Assembly (NCBI GenBank): GCA_038245785.1 | Contig: JBBRSB010000020.1 | Span: 1-64,000 of the forward strand | Direction of reading: 5' to 3' | From: Gloeobacterales cyanobacterium | GTDB lineage: Bacteria > Cyanobacteriota > Cyanobacteriia > Gloeobacterales > PMM-0068 | Length of the DNA stretch: 64,000 nucleotides | In this document: positions 52,559-63,791 of the stretch, in pieces | How the letters are laid out: each line of letters opens with the position of its first letter | Numbering within the stretch: position 1 is the first letter of the stretch | Notes under the pieces: model-generated | The model's database searches: none | Told to the model about the DNA's origin: nothing | Seen by the model: the letters and a program-made list of their open reading frames with translations, nothing else | Position numbers and translations under genes: made by a program

Positions 52559-53506
52559 TTAAAGACTCGCAAACTTATCCGTTGCTTCGATCAAACCACT
52601 TCGGATACCCGGTTCCATCATTGAGTGTCCGGCATCGGGTACAACGACGAACTCTGCTTCCGGCCAAGCTTGGTGCAGTTCCCAAGCGCTGATCATCGGA
52701 CAAACGACATCGTAACGCCCTTGAACAATTACGGCTGGGAGGTGTCGAATACGATCTACATTTTTCAACAGTTGGTCTTCAGATTCAAGGAAGCCTTTAT
52801 TCACAAAGTAGTGACATTCAATACGGGCAAAAGCATCCGCAAAAGTCTCTCGACCAAAGTTTTGAGCAGCATTAGGGTCTGGGTAAAGTCTACTGGTACT
52901 TCCCTCCCAAATACTCCAGGCTTTAGCGGCTTCTAGGCGAATATTTCGATCGGGGCTACACAGTCTTTTGTAATAGGCTGAGATAAAATCATGTCGTTCT
53001 TCTATGGGAATCGGTTTTATAAACTCTTCCCAGGCATCGGGGAATATATAGCTCGTTCCTTCCTGATAGAACCATTGCAGTTCTTTTTGTCGAAGAAGAA
53101 AAATGCCGCGCAGAATCAGACCCTTACAAGCTTCAGGATGGGTTTGGCTATAGGCCAAAGAAAGCGTACTGCCCCAACTTCCGCCAAAGATAACCCATTG
53201 GTCAATACTTAAATGTTTACGCAGCGTTTCTATATCTTGAACTAAGTGCCATGTTGTATTTTCTTCTAACTCTGCATGGGGTGTACTTTGTCCACAACCA
53301 CGCTGGTCAAATAGAATCAGACGCCATTGTTCAGGGTTGAAATATTGACGATAGGCCGCGTTTATTCCACCACCCGGCCCCCCATGTAAAAAGACGGCGG
53401 GCTTCCCTTTTGGGTTACCTGCTTCTTCGTAGTAAATCGTATGTAGATCTGAAACTTTTAATGTGCCCGTTTGATAAGGATGAACAGAAGAGTACAACTC
53501 GCGCAT
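52559..53506 (-). CDS. pip: Proline iminopeptidase
   Basis: LHGGPGGG, FDQRGCG, FGGSWGS, QGRYDVVCP, DAGHS. Confidence 0.95.
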   Translation of the reverse strand: MRELYSSVHPYQTGTLKVSDLHTIYYEEAGNPKGKPAVFLHGGPGGGINAAYRQYFNPEQWRLILFDQRGCGQSTPHAELEENTTWHLVQDIETLRKHLSIDQWVIFGGSWGSTLSLAYSQTHPEACKGLILRGIFLLRQKELQWFYQEGTSYIFPDAWEEFIKPIPIEERHDFISAYYKRLCSPDRNIRLEAAKAWSIWEGSTSRLYPDPNAAQNFGRETFADAFARIECHYFVNKGFLESEDQLLKNVDRIRHLPAVIVQGRYDVVCPMISAWELHQAWPEAEFVVVPDAGHSMMEPGIRSGLIEATDKFASL

Positions 53507-53515
53507 AGAAGAAAA

Positions 53516-54277
53516 CTAACCTTGGGTGAGCGTTTGAATAAAATTACGAACCACGGGTCCCGTAAATCGGTCCACGAATCGTTTCATAAAATCTAAAAAG
53601 TCATCTTCCATTTGGTGGTCTGCATTATCAGAAATAATTCGGACCACAGCAAAGGGAATTTCTTGACTACGACATACTTGGCCCACCGCCGCACTCTCCA
53701 TGTCGACACTCAAAGCACTCGGGAAGAGCTTTAAAAGTTCTGACTTCTTCACAGGGTCAAAAATTATCTGGTCTCCAGTCAGGGCTAACCCCTGATGTAC
53801 CGTTAGTTCTGCAATCCCCAACTCAGCCAGCTCTTCAGGGCTAAAGCTGCTTTCTTGAATAACCTGTAGACAAGCTTGATAGGCATTTTCCAATAGAGAA
53901 GTTTCAGCCATCAGTTCCCGTAGCCCTAGAAGTGGAATTTCTCCTTGAGCAAAGAAGGGTCGAGCATCCATATCGTGTTGGGCAACACCTGTAGCAACGA
54001 CAATATCTCCTCTACGAATTTGAGGACTCAGACCACCTGCTACACCAACAAAGAGAATAGCATCCACCCCAAAGAAATCAATCATGCTCTGGGTATGGGA
54101 CGCAGCTGCCACCTTTCCCCAACCAGAACGACCCAAGACCACAGGAAAACCCAAGAGTTGACCTTCATGAAAAGTCGTCCGTCCCCGTAAAACTTGCTTT
54201 GCCTGCTCTAACGTATGTTCTAGCGCCCAAGTCTCTTCTTCCATGGCACTGAGAATGCCCAACTTTTGGATACGCAT
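53516..54277 (-). CDS. mtnN: MTA/SAH nucleosidase
   Basis: SAMEEE, SGWGKVAAA, GVAGG, VDMESAA, VRIISDNAD. Confidence 0.92.
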   Translation of the reverse strand: MRIQKLGILSAMEEETWALEHTLEQAKQVLRGRTTFHEGQLLGFPVVLGRSGWGKVAAASHTQSMIDFFGVDAILFVGVAGGLSPQIRRGDIVVATGVAQHDMDARPFFAQGEIPLLGLRELMAETSLLENAYQACLQVIQESSFSPEELAELGIAELTVHQGLALTGDQIIFDPVKKSELLKLFPSALSVDMESAAVGQVCRSQEIPFAVVRIISDNADHQMEDDFLDFMKRFVDRFTGPVVRNFIQTLTQG

Positions 54278-54394
54278 CAGGACTGTCCTAATAATTTTAA
54301 AGAATATTTATTTAATAGTAGTTTGCACATTAGTCTCCTATAGGACACCTACTCTTTCTAGCTAATACCCGAACGAGGGGCAAGAATATGAAGG

Positions 54395-55264
54395 CTAAGA
54401 GCGACTGAATGCTATCTTTTCAGCATCAATGGATTGAATGGGCGTCAGCTCTCCCGTGCTGTTGTTCACGCTCAGTAAGAAATTTTTATCCCGCTCTTCG
54501 ACATCAGCCAGGGCAAAAAGCTGGTTTGTGTCTGAACAAGCTAGATCTTTTAGATCACTGGACAAGGTGCGTTTGCCGAAACGCAGGGTTGAAAGGTTAA
54601 TAATCTTTTGATTTTGGAAATCCAACTGCACGAGACGGGTAGAGCCTTCTAAGGACAGAGCCGTCATGTAAAACGTTCCATCAGGGCATTGGGTTAGATT
54701 GCTGAATCGTTCCGTTGCAGAGAAGTTGAAACCCTCTATCACTTTTGCTTGGCCCGTTGTCGGGTCAAGGGTGGCTAGACGAAAAGGTGGAATTCCACTA
54801 TTTAGGCTGACAATGGCAAGTATGGAGCCATTATCAGGTGCTAGACTCTCAATCGTGCTGTTTTCCCCAAGCCCCGTCACCTTCAGGGTCTGTGTGGATG
54901 AATTAGAGATCGTTAGACGACTGATAATCACTGGCTCTCCAGGAATGCCTTCTATCCTTGAAATTAGGAGACTTCCTGTGGGTAAGGTAGTAAAGCCACC
55001 AATCCGTTCTTTGCGGGGAATGGCGAAGGGCGTATTTCCTGAAATCTGACGTCGTGACCGTCTTTGGGTTTTGCCGTTCTCTATTTCTATGCTGTCGATC
55101 ACGAGTTCAGTGTTGGCTTCATCGCTTGTCGGTTGCCGCCGAAGGCTATAGAAGACGGGTTTCGATTGAGCAAAGGCCCCCTCCGCAGGAACCCCCAGCG
55201 CTGCCACCGTTGCACTTGCCACTACAAATTGATTAAATTGCCGCCGATTTATCTTTTTCATACT
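54395..55264 (-). CDS. Tat-exported beta-rich (propeller-like) protein
   Basis: MKKINRRQF twin-arginine signal, AFA cleavage site, repeated beta motifs. Confidence 0.65.
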   Translation of the reverse strand, partial: SMKKINRRQFNQFVVASATVAALGVPAEGAFAQSKPVFYSLRRQPTSDEANTELVIDSIEIENGKTQRRSRRQISGNTPFAIPRKERIGGFTTLPTGSLLISRIEGIPGEPVIISRLTISNSSTQTLKVTGLGENSTIESLAPDNGSILAIVSLNSGIPPFRLATLDPTTGQAKVIEGFNFSATERFSNLTQCPDGTFYMTALSLEGSTRLVQLDFQNQKIINLSTLRFGKRTLSSDLKDLACSDTNQLFALADVEERDKNFLLSVNNSTGELTPIQSIDAEKIAFSRS

Positions 55265-55292
55265 TATTTCCACCTTCCAAAGAATAATCAAG

Positions 55293-57494
55293 TCAAGGCA
55301 CAGTCAGATTTGCATCTGGCGTAAGTGGTCTTGCTTGCATATCCGCAAACACATTGATCGCTATTTGTTTAGCACGGAGGTCCTCTCGAGGAGATGGAAC
55401 ATCCGCACTATCTAATCCCCACATCCACTGTATCGAGCCTGTGGCGAAGACCTTAGCTCCACTGGCCGCTGTGTATCGAACAGCATTCGATAAGAGGGGG
55501 TCTGTGCCTACCGGGAGGTCCGCATCCGTGGCACTGGGGGGTTGCTGTTCAGGAGGGAATGGAGACTGGGATAGAACTACCAGTCCAGGAGGACCAAATC
55601 CGTTATTGATTACCGCATCCCATTCAAAGCCCACTAAACGGCCCAATCGGTCTCCATTTTGTAGACCCGTATTGGCATAGTAGGGGTCTGCGCTGTTGGT
55701 TACGACAAAATCATATCCTGCATACACATCATCTTTATCCGCCACGTACATTACGCCGAGTAAGGCATTTTCCGGCCGATTGTTCTGAGGACTTCGGAAC
55801 TTATTGGTGGCAGCAGATGAATTGCTGGCTGCAGCAGGATCCTGCTGCCAATCATCCTTGTAGCAAGCCGTGACCCGATTGGCGACTCCTGTACTAGAGT
55901 TCTCAAAACGTACACGCCAATAGGCGGTGTTCGCAGAGAAGAAGGCTAGATTCAGACCTGTGTTGCGGGCTTGCTCGACGGAATTACGCTGCTCCAAAGA
56001 CCAGTACTCATCATGACCGACCGATAGAAAAAGCTTGTGTTGGCTTAACAACTGGGGATTGCTGTGGATATCTACGCTTGTTACGTAGGAGATGTCATAG
56101 CTTTGGGATTCCAGCCAGCGCACCATGTTGTACTCCCAGCGCAGGATGTTATTGAATTCACCACTCCCAAACGTTGTTTGCGAGAACGGTCGGTCAAAGG
56201 AAACCTTGAAAGCTCTTTGACCATCAGGGTTGCCAAAGCCGTACAAGCTCCGGCCCCCATAGCTGTTGTAGGCCAGAAAGGTGGTGAAACTGCTTTGAAA
56301 CAAGATGTCGGAGGTGCTGTTATCATCGCGCACCACAAACCAAACCTGGGACTGTTTTCCTGTTCTTTGGTCCGTCAGTTTGGCAATGTACAAGCCACTG
56401 GTCCAGTTAGCACCGACTTGCAACGTATAGGAAGTTGGCCAATTGCACTGGATAAGGAGGGTTTTTGGGTCTGGAGTGGGAATGGCGCGATTGGCCCCGC
56501 GAAGGGTTCCACTACTGGTGATGAACGTTCCCCCAGCGCCCCCGTAGTAGCCCAATCGGTAGATATCAATTGTGTAGTTTCCTGTTCGAGCCAGAGAAAC
56601 CTTAATCGGTAACGAGCCGCCTCGGTTCACGCTGGTGGCCGCTGCATAGCCCGCAATCTCCGTGGTTGCTTGATTCGTAATTTTCCAGGCGGTGGTACCT
56701 TGTTTTTGATTTTCTAGATAAATGGCATTGGGATTGGCCACGGCTGTAAAGGTCACGCTAGTACCCGCAGCCGATGCATTCACCCGATTGGCTCCGGTAG
56801 TCGGCCCCAACTTCAAAACAGTACTTGCCTGCCCACTGGTATTCGTAACTGCACTGGTCGGAGAAACTGAACCACCACCAGTTGTAACGTTAAAGCTGAC
56901 GGTTATGCCTGCTTGGGGATTGCCCGAACTATCATTAACTTGAACAACGAAAGGATTACTGAGAGTTGTACCTGCTGACGCACTTTGGTTATCTCCACTT
57001 ACCTTGGATATCATTGAAGAATTACTCGCAACGAAAACTATATCTCGAAAGTAGTTACTGCTTTGATAGGAATTGGTAGGGAAAACGCCAGGATTGCCAA
57101 ACACACCATTACTTCCATCAGCAATGCTGCTGAGTTCTCCATTACTAACTGAAATTGCTAGACCACTATTGGTAACTGGAAAAAAGCCATTACTGTTGAC
57201 AGAAACAACATGGGTCGTATTAGCTTGAATAGATAGAGGAGTTGTAAGGTTTTGCTGTTGCCATCCAGAAGCTGTCTCATTGGTGAAGGTAATCGTTGCT
57301 AAAGGTATTCCTCCACTTATCGCCCAGATTCTGCCTTCATGAGTTCCACTATCACTGGCGGCTTTCCAGTAGCGGATGGCCGTAATTTCTCCAGCCCTAT
57401 TGCTTTGAAACTTAGTACCTAGTTCGTAGGTCATGCCATTATCACTGGCATCTGGGACACTAGGGGTTTGGGTCGTAAATAGTGAGGTGGGCAT
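55293..57494 (-). CDS. DUF4082 + Ig-like (Big-1) + N,N-dimethylformamidase beta-subunit-like domain protein
   Basis: YELGTKF...ITAIRYWK...ASGWQ...NYFRDIVF; KVSGDNQS; AYNSYGGRSLY, FLSVGHDEYWS. Confidence 0.75.
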   Translation of the reverse strand: MPTSLFTTQTPSVPDASDNGMTYELGTKFQSNRAGEITAIRYWKAASDSGTHEGRIWAISGGIPLATITFTNETASGWQQQNLTTPLSIQANTTHVVSVNSNGFFPVTNSGLAISVSNGELSSIADGSNGVFGNPGVFPTNSYQSSNYFRDIVFVASNSSMISKVSGDNQSASAGTTLSNPFVVQVNDSSGNPQAGITVSFNVTTGGGSVSPTSAVTNTSGQASTVLKLGPTTGANRVNASAAGTSVTFTAVANPNAIYLENQKQGTTAWKITNQATTEIAGYAAATSVNRGGSLPIKVSLARTGNYTIDIYRLGYYGGAGGTFITSSGTLRGANRAIPTPDPKTLLIQCNWPTSYTLQVGANWTSGLYIAKLTDQRTGKQSQVWFVVRDDNSTSDILFQSSFTTFLAYNSYGGRSLYGFGNPDGQRAFKVSFDRPFSQTTFGSGEFNNILRWEYNMVRWLESQSYDISYVTSVDIHSNPQLLSQHKLFLSVGHDEYWSLEQRNSVEQARNTGLNLAFFSANTAYWRVRFENSSTGVANRVTACYKDDWQQDPAAASNSSAATNKFRSPQNNRPENALLGVMYVADKDDVYAGYDFVVTNSADPYYANTGLQNGDRLGRLVGFEWDAVINNGFGPPGLVVLSQSPFPPEQQPPSATDADLPVGTDPLLSNAVRYTAASGAKVFATGSIQWMWGLDSADVPSPREDLRAKQIAINVFADMQARPLTPDANLTVP

Positions 57495-58356
57495 AGCTTT
57501 GGTTCTGTATATTTTTTATGGGATATGTCCAAGAACGGCTGTGGGGCAGAGATTAAATCAAACTCATCAACTAAGAGACTTTAACTGAGCAAAGACAAAA
57601 AATGCATGTCATATGCATCACATTGCTGTGCAGAACCCAATGCCTTATATGATTTGCACTGCTCTACTTATACCCGATGTCTTATCTATAACGTGTGTTT
57701 CAGAATACATCAAAGATATCTGCAGAATTACACTTTGCATACTTATATGTTGTCTAAGTACTCACTAGTAAAGAGAGCTTAGTGATCTATAATGCGGATA
57801 GTTGAGGAACTACATTTAGCACTAATAATATAAAAACTGTATCACTGATAACAATAATTGGTAAAAGCAGTCTGAACGATACAGTTAATCTCAGCATAAC
57901 TTCTGGAAATCTATACAAAGTATTGGAATGTCCTTTTGATAAATGTGTGAATTTGTAAACAAAATTATATTTATTTATCTTTTCTCTTCTCAGATTATTT
58001 CCTGAATATATATTGCTACTCAAATACATAAGTATGGAGGTACGGGGAATACCAGACTTCTTAAAATTAAGACTTAGCTCTATCTGTAATTAGGCTTTTT
58101 TAGCGAAGAGAGCAAATTAAATAAAGCAGCTATGCATAGTCAAGTTACTGAACTTGATTGCTTAAATCATGCCTTATTTCATAAAGTAAATCTCCTTACT
58201 TTCTTTTTTCCTAACAAGGTTAAGCATCATGCTTGGCCTTGTAAGATTTGGCGTGGTGCGGAATACATAGCTCAAGGATTGATTTTTTGCACAGTGCTTG
58301 TGTGCTGATGAGGAAAAGAAATCTAACTAGTTTTTCTATGCAAGGAGCTTACTAGC

Positions 58357-58728
58357 ATGCTGAGAGATGTTAAAGCATTTCGAGGATTCTTCTTCATTGT
58401 AAGTTTAATAGCAGCGTTGGCAATCGGGTTATGGCCTAACTACCCACCTGCTTTGTCCCAGGCCAGCAATTCATTCAGCCGTGTAGACAAAAAGTTTTTA
58501 AGGAGTTATCGCCGAACCATGATGCGGATGCGATCTTCTGCAAAGGCAGAGGCGTTAACTCAACTCCAACAGGATCCTCAGAAAGTAATTACTCAAGCAA
58601 AGGGCGTATGTACAGATCTCAATTCAGGGATGCCCAGAGAGCAAGTCCAACCTAAGGGAACCCCTGAAGCTGATGTCTTCAAGTCTCTAGCTTCTCATTA
58701 TTATTGCCCTAACTCTACGTTCAATTAA
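58357..58728 (+). CDS. Secreted small protein (DUF732-like C-terminus)
   Basis: AAGGAG RBS, signal-like N-terminus, AKGVCTDL...ASHYYCP. Confidence 0.6.
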   Translation: MLRDVKAFRGFFFIVSLIAALAIGLWPNYPPALSQASNSFSRVDKKFLRSYRRTMMRMRSSAKAEALTQLQQDPQKVITQAKGVCTDLNSGMPREQVQPKGTPEADVFKSLASHYYCPNSTFN

Positions 58729-58801
58729 CGCGCGTTCAGTTACTGAGAATTCTCTAACGTCCCTCTATAAACCCTGTATTTATTAAGGAATCAAAGAGCA
58801 T

Positions 58802-60979
58802 ATGATTAACCGACGATTTTTCATTGAGTTGAGTGCAGGCGCTGCGGGGGGACTGATTTTGGTCAAGGCTCTACAAGCCTACGGTCAGCAATCAGCCACT
58901 CAAGTATCTTGTGATACCCTTGACCCAGCCACAATTGAAAAATATAGTGCGTTCCTTGTCATTCCTCCTGCTATGCCGCGCACCAGTGTAATCAAGGCGA
59001 AAGGTGAAAAAGATGACGACAATAATGATGATAAAAAGCAAGAAGACAAGAATAGAGATTACGAAATCGATTATTACGAGATTGCTGTTCGACAGTTCAA
59101 GCAGCAGGTCTTACCTTCTTCGTTGCCCGCAACTACTGTTTGGGGCTATGGATCAATAAAATCTTCCGGTACGGTAGGCCAAGGCGGTAGCTTTAACTAT
59201 CCATCGTTCACTATTGAGGCCAGATATAACAGGCCCGTGCGGGTAAAGTGGATCAATGACTTGGTTGAAAATCCCCTTGAAGACGGCCCAGGTAAAAGGG
59301 GGAAATTCCTTCCACATCTTCTGCCTGTGGACCCGACCGTACATTGGGCCAATCCACCGGGTGGCAACAAGGGTAGGGATTCACGTCCAACGTTTACGAG
59401 TACACCTGGTCCCTACACCGGGCCAGTTCCAATGGTCACCCATGTCCATGGTGCAGTGGGCGTTGGCGACGAGAGCGATGGCTATACCGAAGCCTGGTTC
59501 CTTCCGGAGGCGAAAGATATTCCCGGAGGCTACGCAAAGTTTGGCACTTTTTACGAGACGTTCAAGAAGCAGTTCAAGAAAAATCTCAAAGCCAACCATC
59601 CCTCAGACGAATGGAAGGAAGGTACCGCAACGTTCCAGTATCCAAACAAACACCGGGCCGCGACACTTTGGTACCATGACCACACGTTGGGAATGACTCG
59701 GCTCAACGTGTATGCTGGTCCAGCAGGCTTCTTTAACGTGCGGGGAGGTCCTGATGACCTGCCTCCCTCATTGCTACCCGGTCCTGCTCCACAGCTTGGA
59801 GATTCTCCAGGGACGAAATACTACGAGATCCCTATTGCTGTTCAAGATCGTGCCTTTAAACCAGATGGCTCTCTGTGGTTCTATCCTCCTGCGCGGCAGT
59901 GTGCTGGTGACACAGCGGGCAATGGTCCTTTCATTCCAAACGGAGTTTTTTCCCCGATCTGGACCCCTGAGTTTTTCGGTGACACCATGGTCGTCAATGG
60001 TAAAACCTGGCCAAAACTTGAGGTTGAGCCACGCCGCTATCGCTTCCGTTTCTTAAATGGGTGCGACTCGCGCTACCTGATCCTAAAGATCGTTAGCGAT
60101 CTCAACCAGGTAGCAGCACGACATCAGGCCAAACAGCCAGCAGAGCCCTCCCTTAAGTTCTGGCAGATTGGTTCAGAGGCGGGCTTTCTCCCTGTCCCAG
60201 CTAACTTGGACCAACTCCTGATCAGTCCGGCAGAGCGGGCCGATGTGATTGTCGATTTCACCAATCTTTCGGTTGGTACGGAGTTCTACCTGATCAATGA
60301 GGGGCCGGATGGACCCTTCGGCGGGATAGGACCTGATTACTATGACTCTAATCCAGGGGCCGGGGAAGTCGCAGATGTGGCTACAACTGGCCAGGTGATG
60401 AAGCTCCGTGTGGTACCGCTAACAAGCCAGGATACCAGCACGCCACCGGATCAGCTTCAACTGCCAGCCATCACGCCTATCGGCAAAGAAAATAGAACGC
60501 GTCCATTAGCGCTCCTTGAGGATTTGGCGAATATTCCCGGTAATCCCTCTGTTGGTCTAATGCTAGGCACCATCTCTAAGGGGAAAGCACAAATGAAGAT
60601 GTGGCAGGACCCGATTACCGAGAACCCACAGGTTGGTGATATTGAGATATGGGAGTTCTACAACTTTACGATGGACGCCCACCCAATCCACATCCATGAG
60701 GTTGCATTCCAGGTCGTCAATCGGCAAGAGGTACAGGTAGACCCATCCACAAAACAATTGGCAGGACTGATCGGTGTTCCCGTCGCCCCTCAGCCTTGGG
60801 AGACTGGCTTCAAAGACACAGTCACCGTCTATCCAGGTCAGGTGACGCGTGTGAAGGCGCAGTTTAATACGCCAGGTCTGTTCGTTTGGCACTGCCACAT
60901 TGTTGAGCACGAAGACAACGAGATGATGCGCCCGTATTATATTGGCCCTATCCCGAAGGATCTCCCAAGACCAATGTAG
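58802..60979 (+). CDS. Tat-secreted multicopper oxidase (CotA/bilirubin oxidase-like)
   Basis: NRRFF; THVHG, WYHDH, HPIHIH, WHCHIVEHEDNEMM copper motifs. Confidence 0.93.
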   Translation: MINRRFFIELSAGAAGGLILVKALQAYGQQSATQVSCDTLDPATIEKYSAFLVIPPAMPRTSVIKAKGEKDDDNNDDKKQEDKNRDYEIDYYEIAVRQFKQQVLPSSLPATTVWGYGSIKSSGTVGQGGSFNYPSFTIEARYNRPVRVKWINDLVENPLEDGPGKRGKFLPHLLPVDPTVHWANPPGGNKGRDSRPTFTSTPGPYTGPVPMVTHVHGAVGVGDESDGYTEAWFLPEAKDIPGGYAKFGTFYETFKKQFKKNLKANHPSDEWKEGTATFQYPNKHRAATLWYHDHTLGMTRLNVYAGPAGFFNVRGGPDDLPPSLLPGPAPQLGDSPGTKYYEIPIAVQDRAFKPDGSLWFYPPARQCAGDTAGNGPFIPNGVFSPIWTPEFFGDTMVVNGKTWPKLEVEPRRYRFRFLNGCDSRYLILKIVSDLNQVAARHQAKQPAEPSLKFWQIGSEAGFLPVPANLDQLLISPAERADVIVDFTNLSVGTEFYLINEGPDGPFGGIGPDYYDSNPGAGEVADVATTGQVMKLRVVPLTSQDTSTPPDQLQLPAITPIGKENRTRPLALLEDLANIPGNPSVGLMLGTISKGKAQMKMWQDPITENPQVGDIEIWEFYNFTMDAHPIHIHEVAFQVVNRQEVQVDPSTKQLAGLIGVPVAPQPWETGFKDTVTVYPGQVTRVKAQFNTPGLFVWHCHIVEHEDNEMMRPYYIGPIPKDLPRPM

Positions 60980-61057
60980 GTAGAACAAAGAGCCCAATCT
61001 ACGACTTATAGGTTTGCTGTCTAAGCTCTCCCTATAAGAGTTAAAGCTCTGTCAAGA

Positions 61058-62140
61058 CTATCTTGAAGTCTTATGGAATTCACTCAGAATCGCAGGGATG
61101 CGTTTGGCTGCTTGGCCATCTCCATAGAAAGGCGGACGGCTTTGAGGGTAAATATTTGGGGAAAGGGCTTTAAGAATGGCTGCCTTTTCCGCTGCCACTA
61201 ATTGGTTCCAACCCGCATCTACAGTTTCTTGCCATTCTGTTTCTGCCCGGACGGTTAGGCAGGGAACCCCTAATAAGTAGGCTTCTTTTTGGACACCGCC
61301 TGAATCCGTTAGGATGCACTGTGCATTTTGTTCCAGTTGGAGCATATCCAGATAGCCTAAGGGCTCAATGCGCCGGAGACGAGGGCTTTTTTGAAGCATA
61401 TCTTCGAATCCCATTTGCTGGATACGCTGCTGTGTGCGCGGATGCACAGGGAAGATGATGGTCAATTCACTAGAGCATAGGGCTTTTAGAATCGCTTCTA
61501 GTCGAGCGGGGCTATCGGTATTCTCAGCGCGGTGAATCGTGGCAAGCACATACCCTCGCGATTCTAGGGCCAGTTTGTCCAGGATGTGTGAGCGCTGTTG
61601 GGCTAGGTTTAGATAGTTCAGTAAAACGTCATACATGACGTCGCCCACTTGATGAACGCCCTGGGTAATGCCCTCTCTCCTGAGATGTTGCGTTGCCAGA
61701 TCTGTGGGTGTGAATAGTAGAGTCGAGGCATGGTCGGTTAAGCGACGATTGACTTCCTCAGGCATGTTCATATCGAAACTACGTAAGCCCGCTTCAACGT
61801 GGGCAATCGGAATATGAATTTTCACTGCTGCCAAGGCTGCTGCCAGCGTAGAGTTGGTGTCGCCATAAACCAATACTAGGTCTGGTTTTTCCTGCTCTAA
61901 GAGCGCTTCGATTTTCTCGATCATTTGAGCAGTCTGGACCCCGTGAGAAGCGGAGCCGACGCCGAGGTTATAGTCTGCTTGCAGTAAATCTAATTCATCA
62001 AAGAACACCTGGGACATTCCAAAATCGTAGTGCTGCCCGGTATGAACCAGAATCTCTTGGTGCTCCTGCCGGACCACGCGACTGACAGCCGCCGCTTTAA
62101 TGAACTGGGGTCGTGCGCCCACTACTGTAAGGATACGCAT
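61058..62140 (-). CDS. UDP-GlcNAc 2-epimerase family (WecB/WbpI-like)
   Basis: VVGARPQFIK, HTGQHYD, YGDTNST, HVEAGLRS, TDSGGVQKEA. Confidence 0.92.
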   Translation of the reverse strand: MRILTVVGARPQFIKAAAVSRVVRQEHQEILVHTGQHYDFGMSQVFFDELDLLQADYNLGVGSASHGVQTAQMIEKIEALLEQEKPDLVLVYGDTNSTLAAALAAVKIHIPIAHVEAGLRSFDMNMPEEVNRRLTDHASTLLFTPTDLATQHLRREGITQGVHQVGDVMYDVLLNYLNLAQQRSHILDKLALESRGYVLATIHRAENTDSPARLEAILKALCSSELTIIFPVHPRTQQRIQQMGFEDMLQKSPRLRRIEPLGYLDMLQLEQNAQCILTDSGGVQKEAYLLGVPCLTVRAETEWQETVDAGWNQLVAAEKAAILKALSPNIYPQSRPPFYGDGQAAKRIPAILSEFHKTSR

Positions 62141-62143
62141 GGC

Positions 62144-62728
62144 TTAGGGAATGAGGCTAACGGAATTAGCCTGTAGCAGGTATGTGCGAGTGCATTCAGG
62201 ACATTTTCCTTTCTCTGCTTCAAAGACAAGCCGCACCCCACACTGACAAGCCCATCCCCGCTGTCGGGCCGGGTTGCCGAGGACAATGGCATAGTCAGGC
62301 ACATCTCGTGTAACCACAGCCCCTGCTCCAACTAGAGCATGACAACCAAGTGTTGTTCCGCACACAATCGTTGCATTAGCGCCAATGCTGGCTCCGCGCT
62401 TAACCAGGGTTGGAAGATGGTCTGCACTGGTATTGCGGACAAAGGCAGAACGGGGTGTTTTGATATTGGTAAAAACCATGGAAGGACCACAGAAGACGTC
62501 ATCTTCTAAGGTGACTCCAGCGTATACCGAGACATTGTTCTGAATTTTGACGTTATCGCCAATGGTTACACCGGAGGCAATAAAGACATTCTGGCCGATT
62601 TTGCAGCCTTTTCCCAGGCTGGTGTTCTTGCTGATGTGGCAAAAGTGCCAGATTTGGGTCCCTTCGCCGATGTCCACGGGCTCATCCACGTAGGAGGAGG
62701 GGTGGACGAGAAAAGGGCACTCAACCAT
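62144..62728 (-). CDS. WbpD-like hexapeptide N-acetyltransferase
   Basis: [32 protein letters not shown] 62728 overlaps upstream stop. Confidence 0.88.
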   Translation of the reverse strand: MVECPFLVHPSSYVDEPVDIGEGTQIWHFCHISKNTSLGKGCKIGQNVFIASGVTIGDNVKIQNNVSVYAGVTLEDDVFCGPSMVFTNIKTPRSAFVRNTSADHLPTLVKRGASIGANATIVCGTTLGCHALVGAGAVVTRDVPDYAIVLGNPARQRGWACQCGVRLVFEAEKGKCPECTRTYLLQANSVSLIP

Positions 62729-63773
62729 GATGGGCTGCCTCCAGAGAGCGGACTGAAATGCTGGCCCCACCCTGCTCCAGAGAGCGTTGGGCTGCCTGGA
62801 GAACTTGCAGGACAGCCAGACCATTCTCGCCATCACTGATCGGTTGCTTGCCCTCACGGATGCACTCTAAGAAGTGCAGGCATTCGTTGCGCAGTGGTTC
62901 ACTCATCTTGATCGCAGGGATAGTGATGTCGCCCTGGCGTAGGGTCAGAGCCTCACCGTAAGAATTGTAAGACTCAGCAATATCGACGCCCTTGTTATAG
63001 AGGCGTAGTTTCTCGGCAGGTTCCATATCATCAAAGACCGCCATCTGACGGCTACCGACAATCGTGAACTGGCGAATTTTGCCGGGGTCCAGCCAACTGG
63101 CATGACTGTGCGCTATTTGCCCGCCTGGAAAACGGAGCGTGAAGAAGACCACATCCTGAATCGTTTGCCTGAGAAACGCCTGCCCAGTGGCAGAGACGCT
63201 CTCCGGTAGCTGACCGAGCAGATGCAGCATAACCGAAATATCGTGGGGGGCTAGACTCCACAGCGAGTTCTCATCCTTGCGCACCTGACCCAGATTGACC
63301 CGCTTGGAGTAAATATAATGGATCGAACCCAGAACCCCTTCTTGGATGCACTGTTTGAGCCGAACGACTACTGGATGGTAGAGCAGGATGTGGCCGACCA
63401 TCAGAACCCGTTGCTGCTTTCTGGCAAGCTCAATCAAGTCTTGGCTCTCTCTGATATCCAGGGTCATCGGTTTTTCCACCAGGACGTGCAGACCCCGTTC
63501 TAGGGCTGCCCGTGCAATTTCATAGTGACTGGCTGCGGTAGTAGCGACTACTACGGCCTGGAGTCCCGCTAAGTCCAGAACCTTTCGGTAGTCCGATTCG
63601 GTCAAGACCTCCGGAAACTGTTGGCGGACCTTTTGAAGATTAGTGGGCACTAGGTCGCTGACGGCGTGCAGATGACCGCCTGGAAGCTGGGCAAAGGTGC
63701 GGACATGGTTAAAGCCCCAGTTGCCTGCACCAATAACGGCTAATTGGATGGGTTCTAGCATGGGTTTTTCCAT
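62721..63773 (-). CDS. Gfo/Idh/MocA oxidoreductase (WbpB-like)
   Basis: [24 protein letters not shown]; with WbpD/WbpI-like neighbours suggests a diacetamido-uronic acid sugar pathway. Confidence 0.88.
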   Translation of the reverse strand: MEKPMLEPIQLAVIGAGNWGFNHVRTFAQLPGGHLHAVSDLVPTNLQKVRQQFPEVLTESDYRKVLDLAGLQAVVVATTAASHYEIARAALERGLHVLVEKPMTLDIRESQDLIELARKQQRVLMVGHILLYHPVVVRLKQCIQEGVLGSIHYIYSKRVNLGQVRKDENSLWSLAPHDISVMLHLLGQLPESVSATGQAFLRQTIQDVVFFTLRFPGGQIAHSHASWLDPGKIRQFTIVGSRQMAVFDDMEPAEKLRLYNKGVDIAESYNSYGEALTLRQGDITIPAIKMSEPLRNECLHFLECIREGKQPISDGENGLAVLQVLQAAQRSLEQGGASISVRSLEAAHHG

Positions 63774-63791
63774 AGAAGTGGGTCATTTCCC

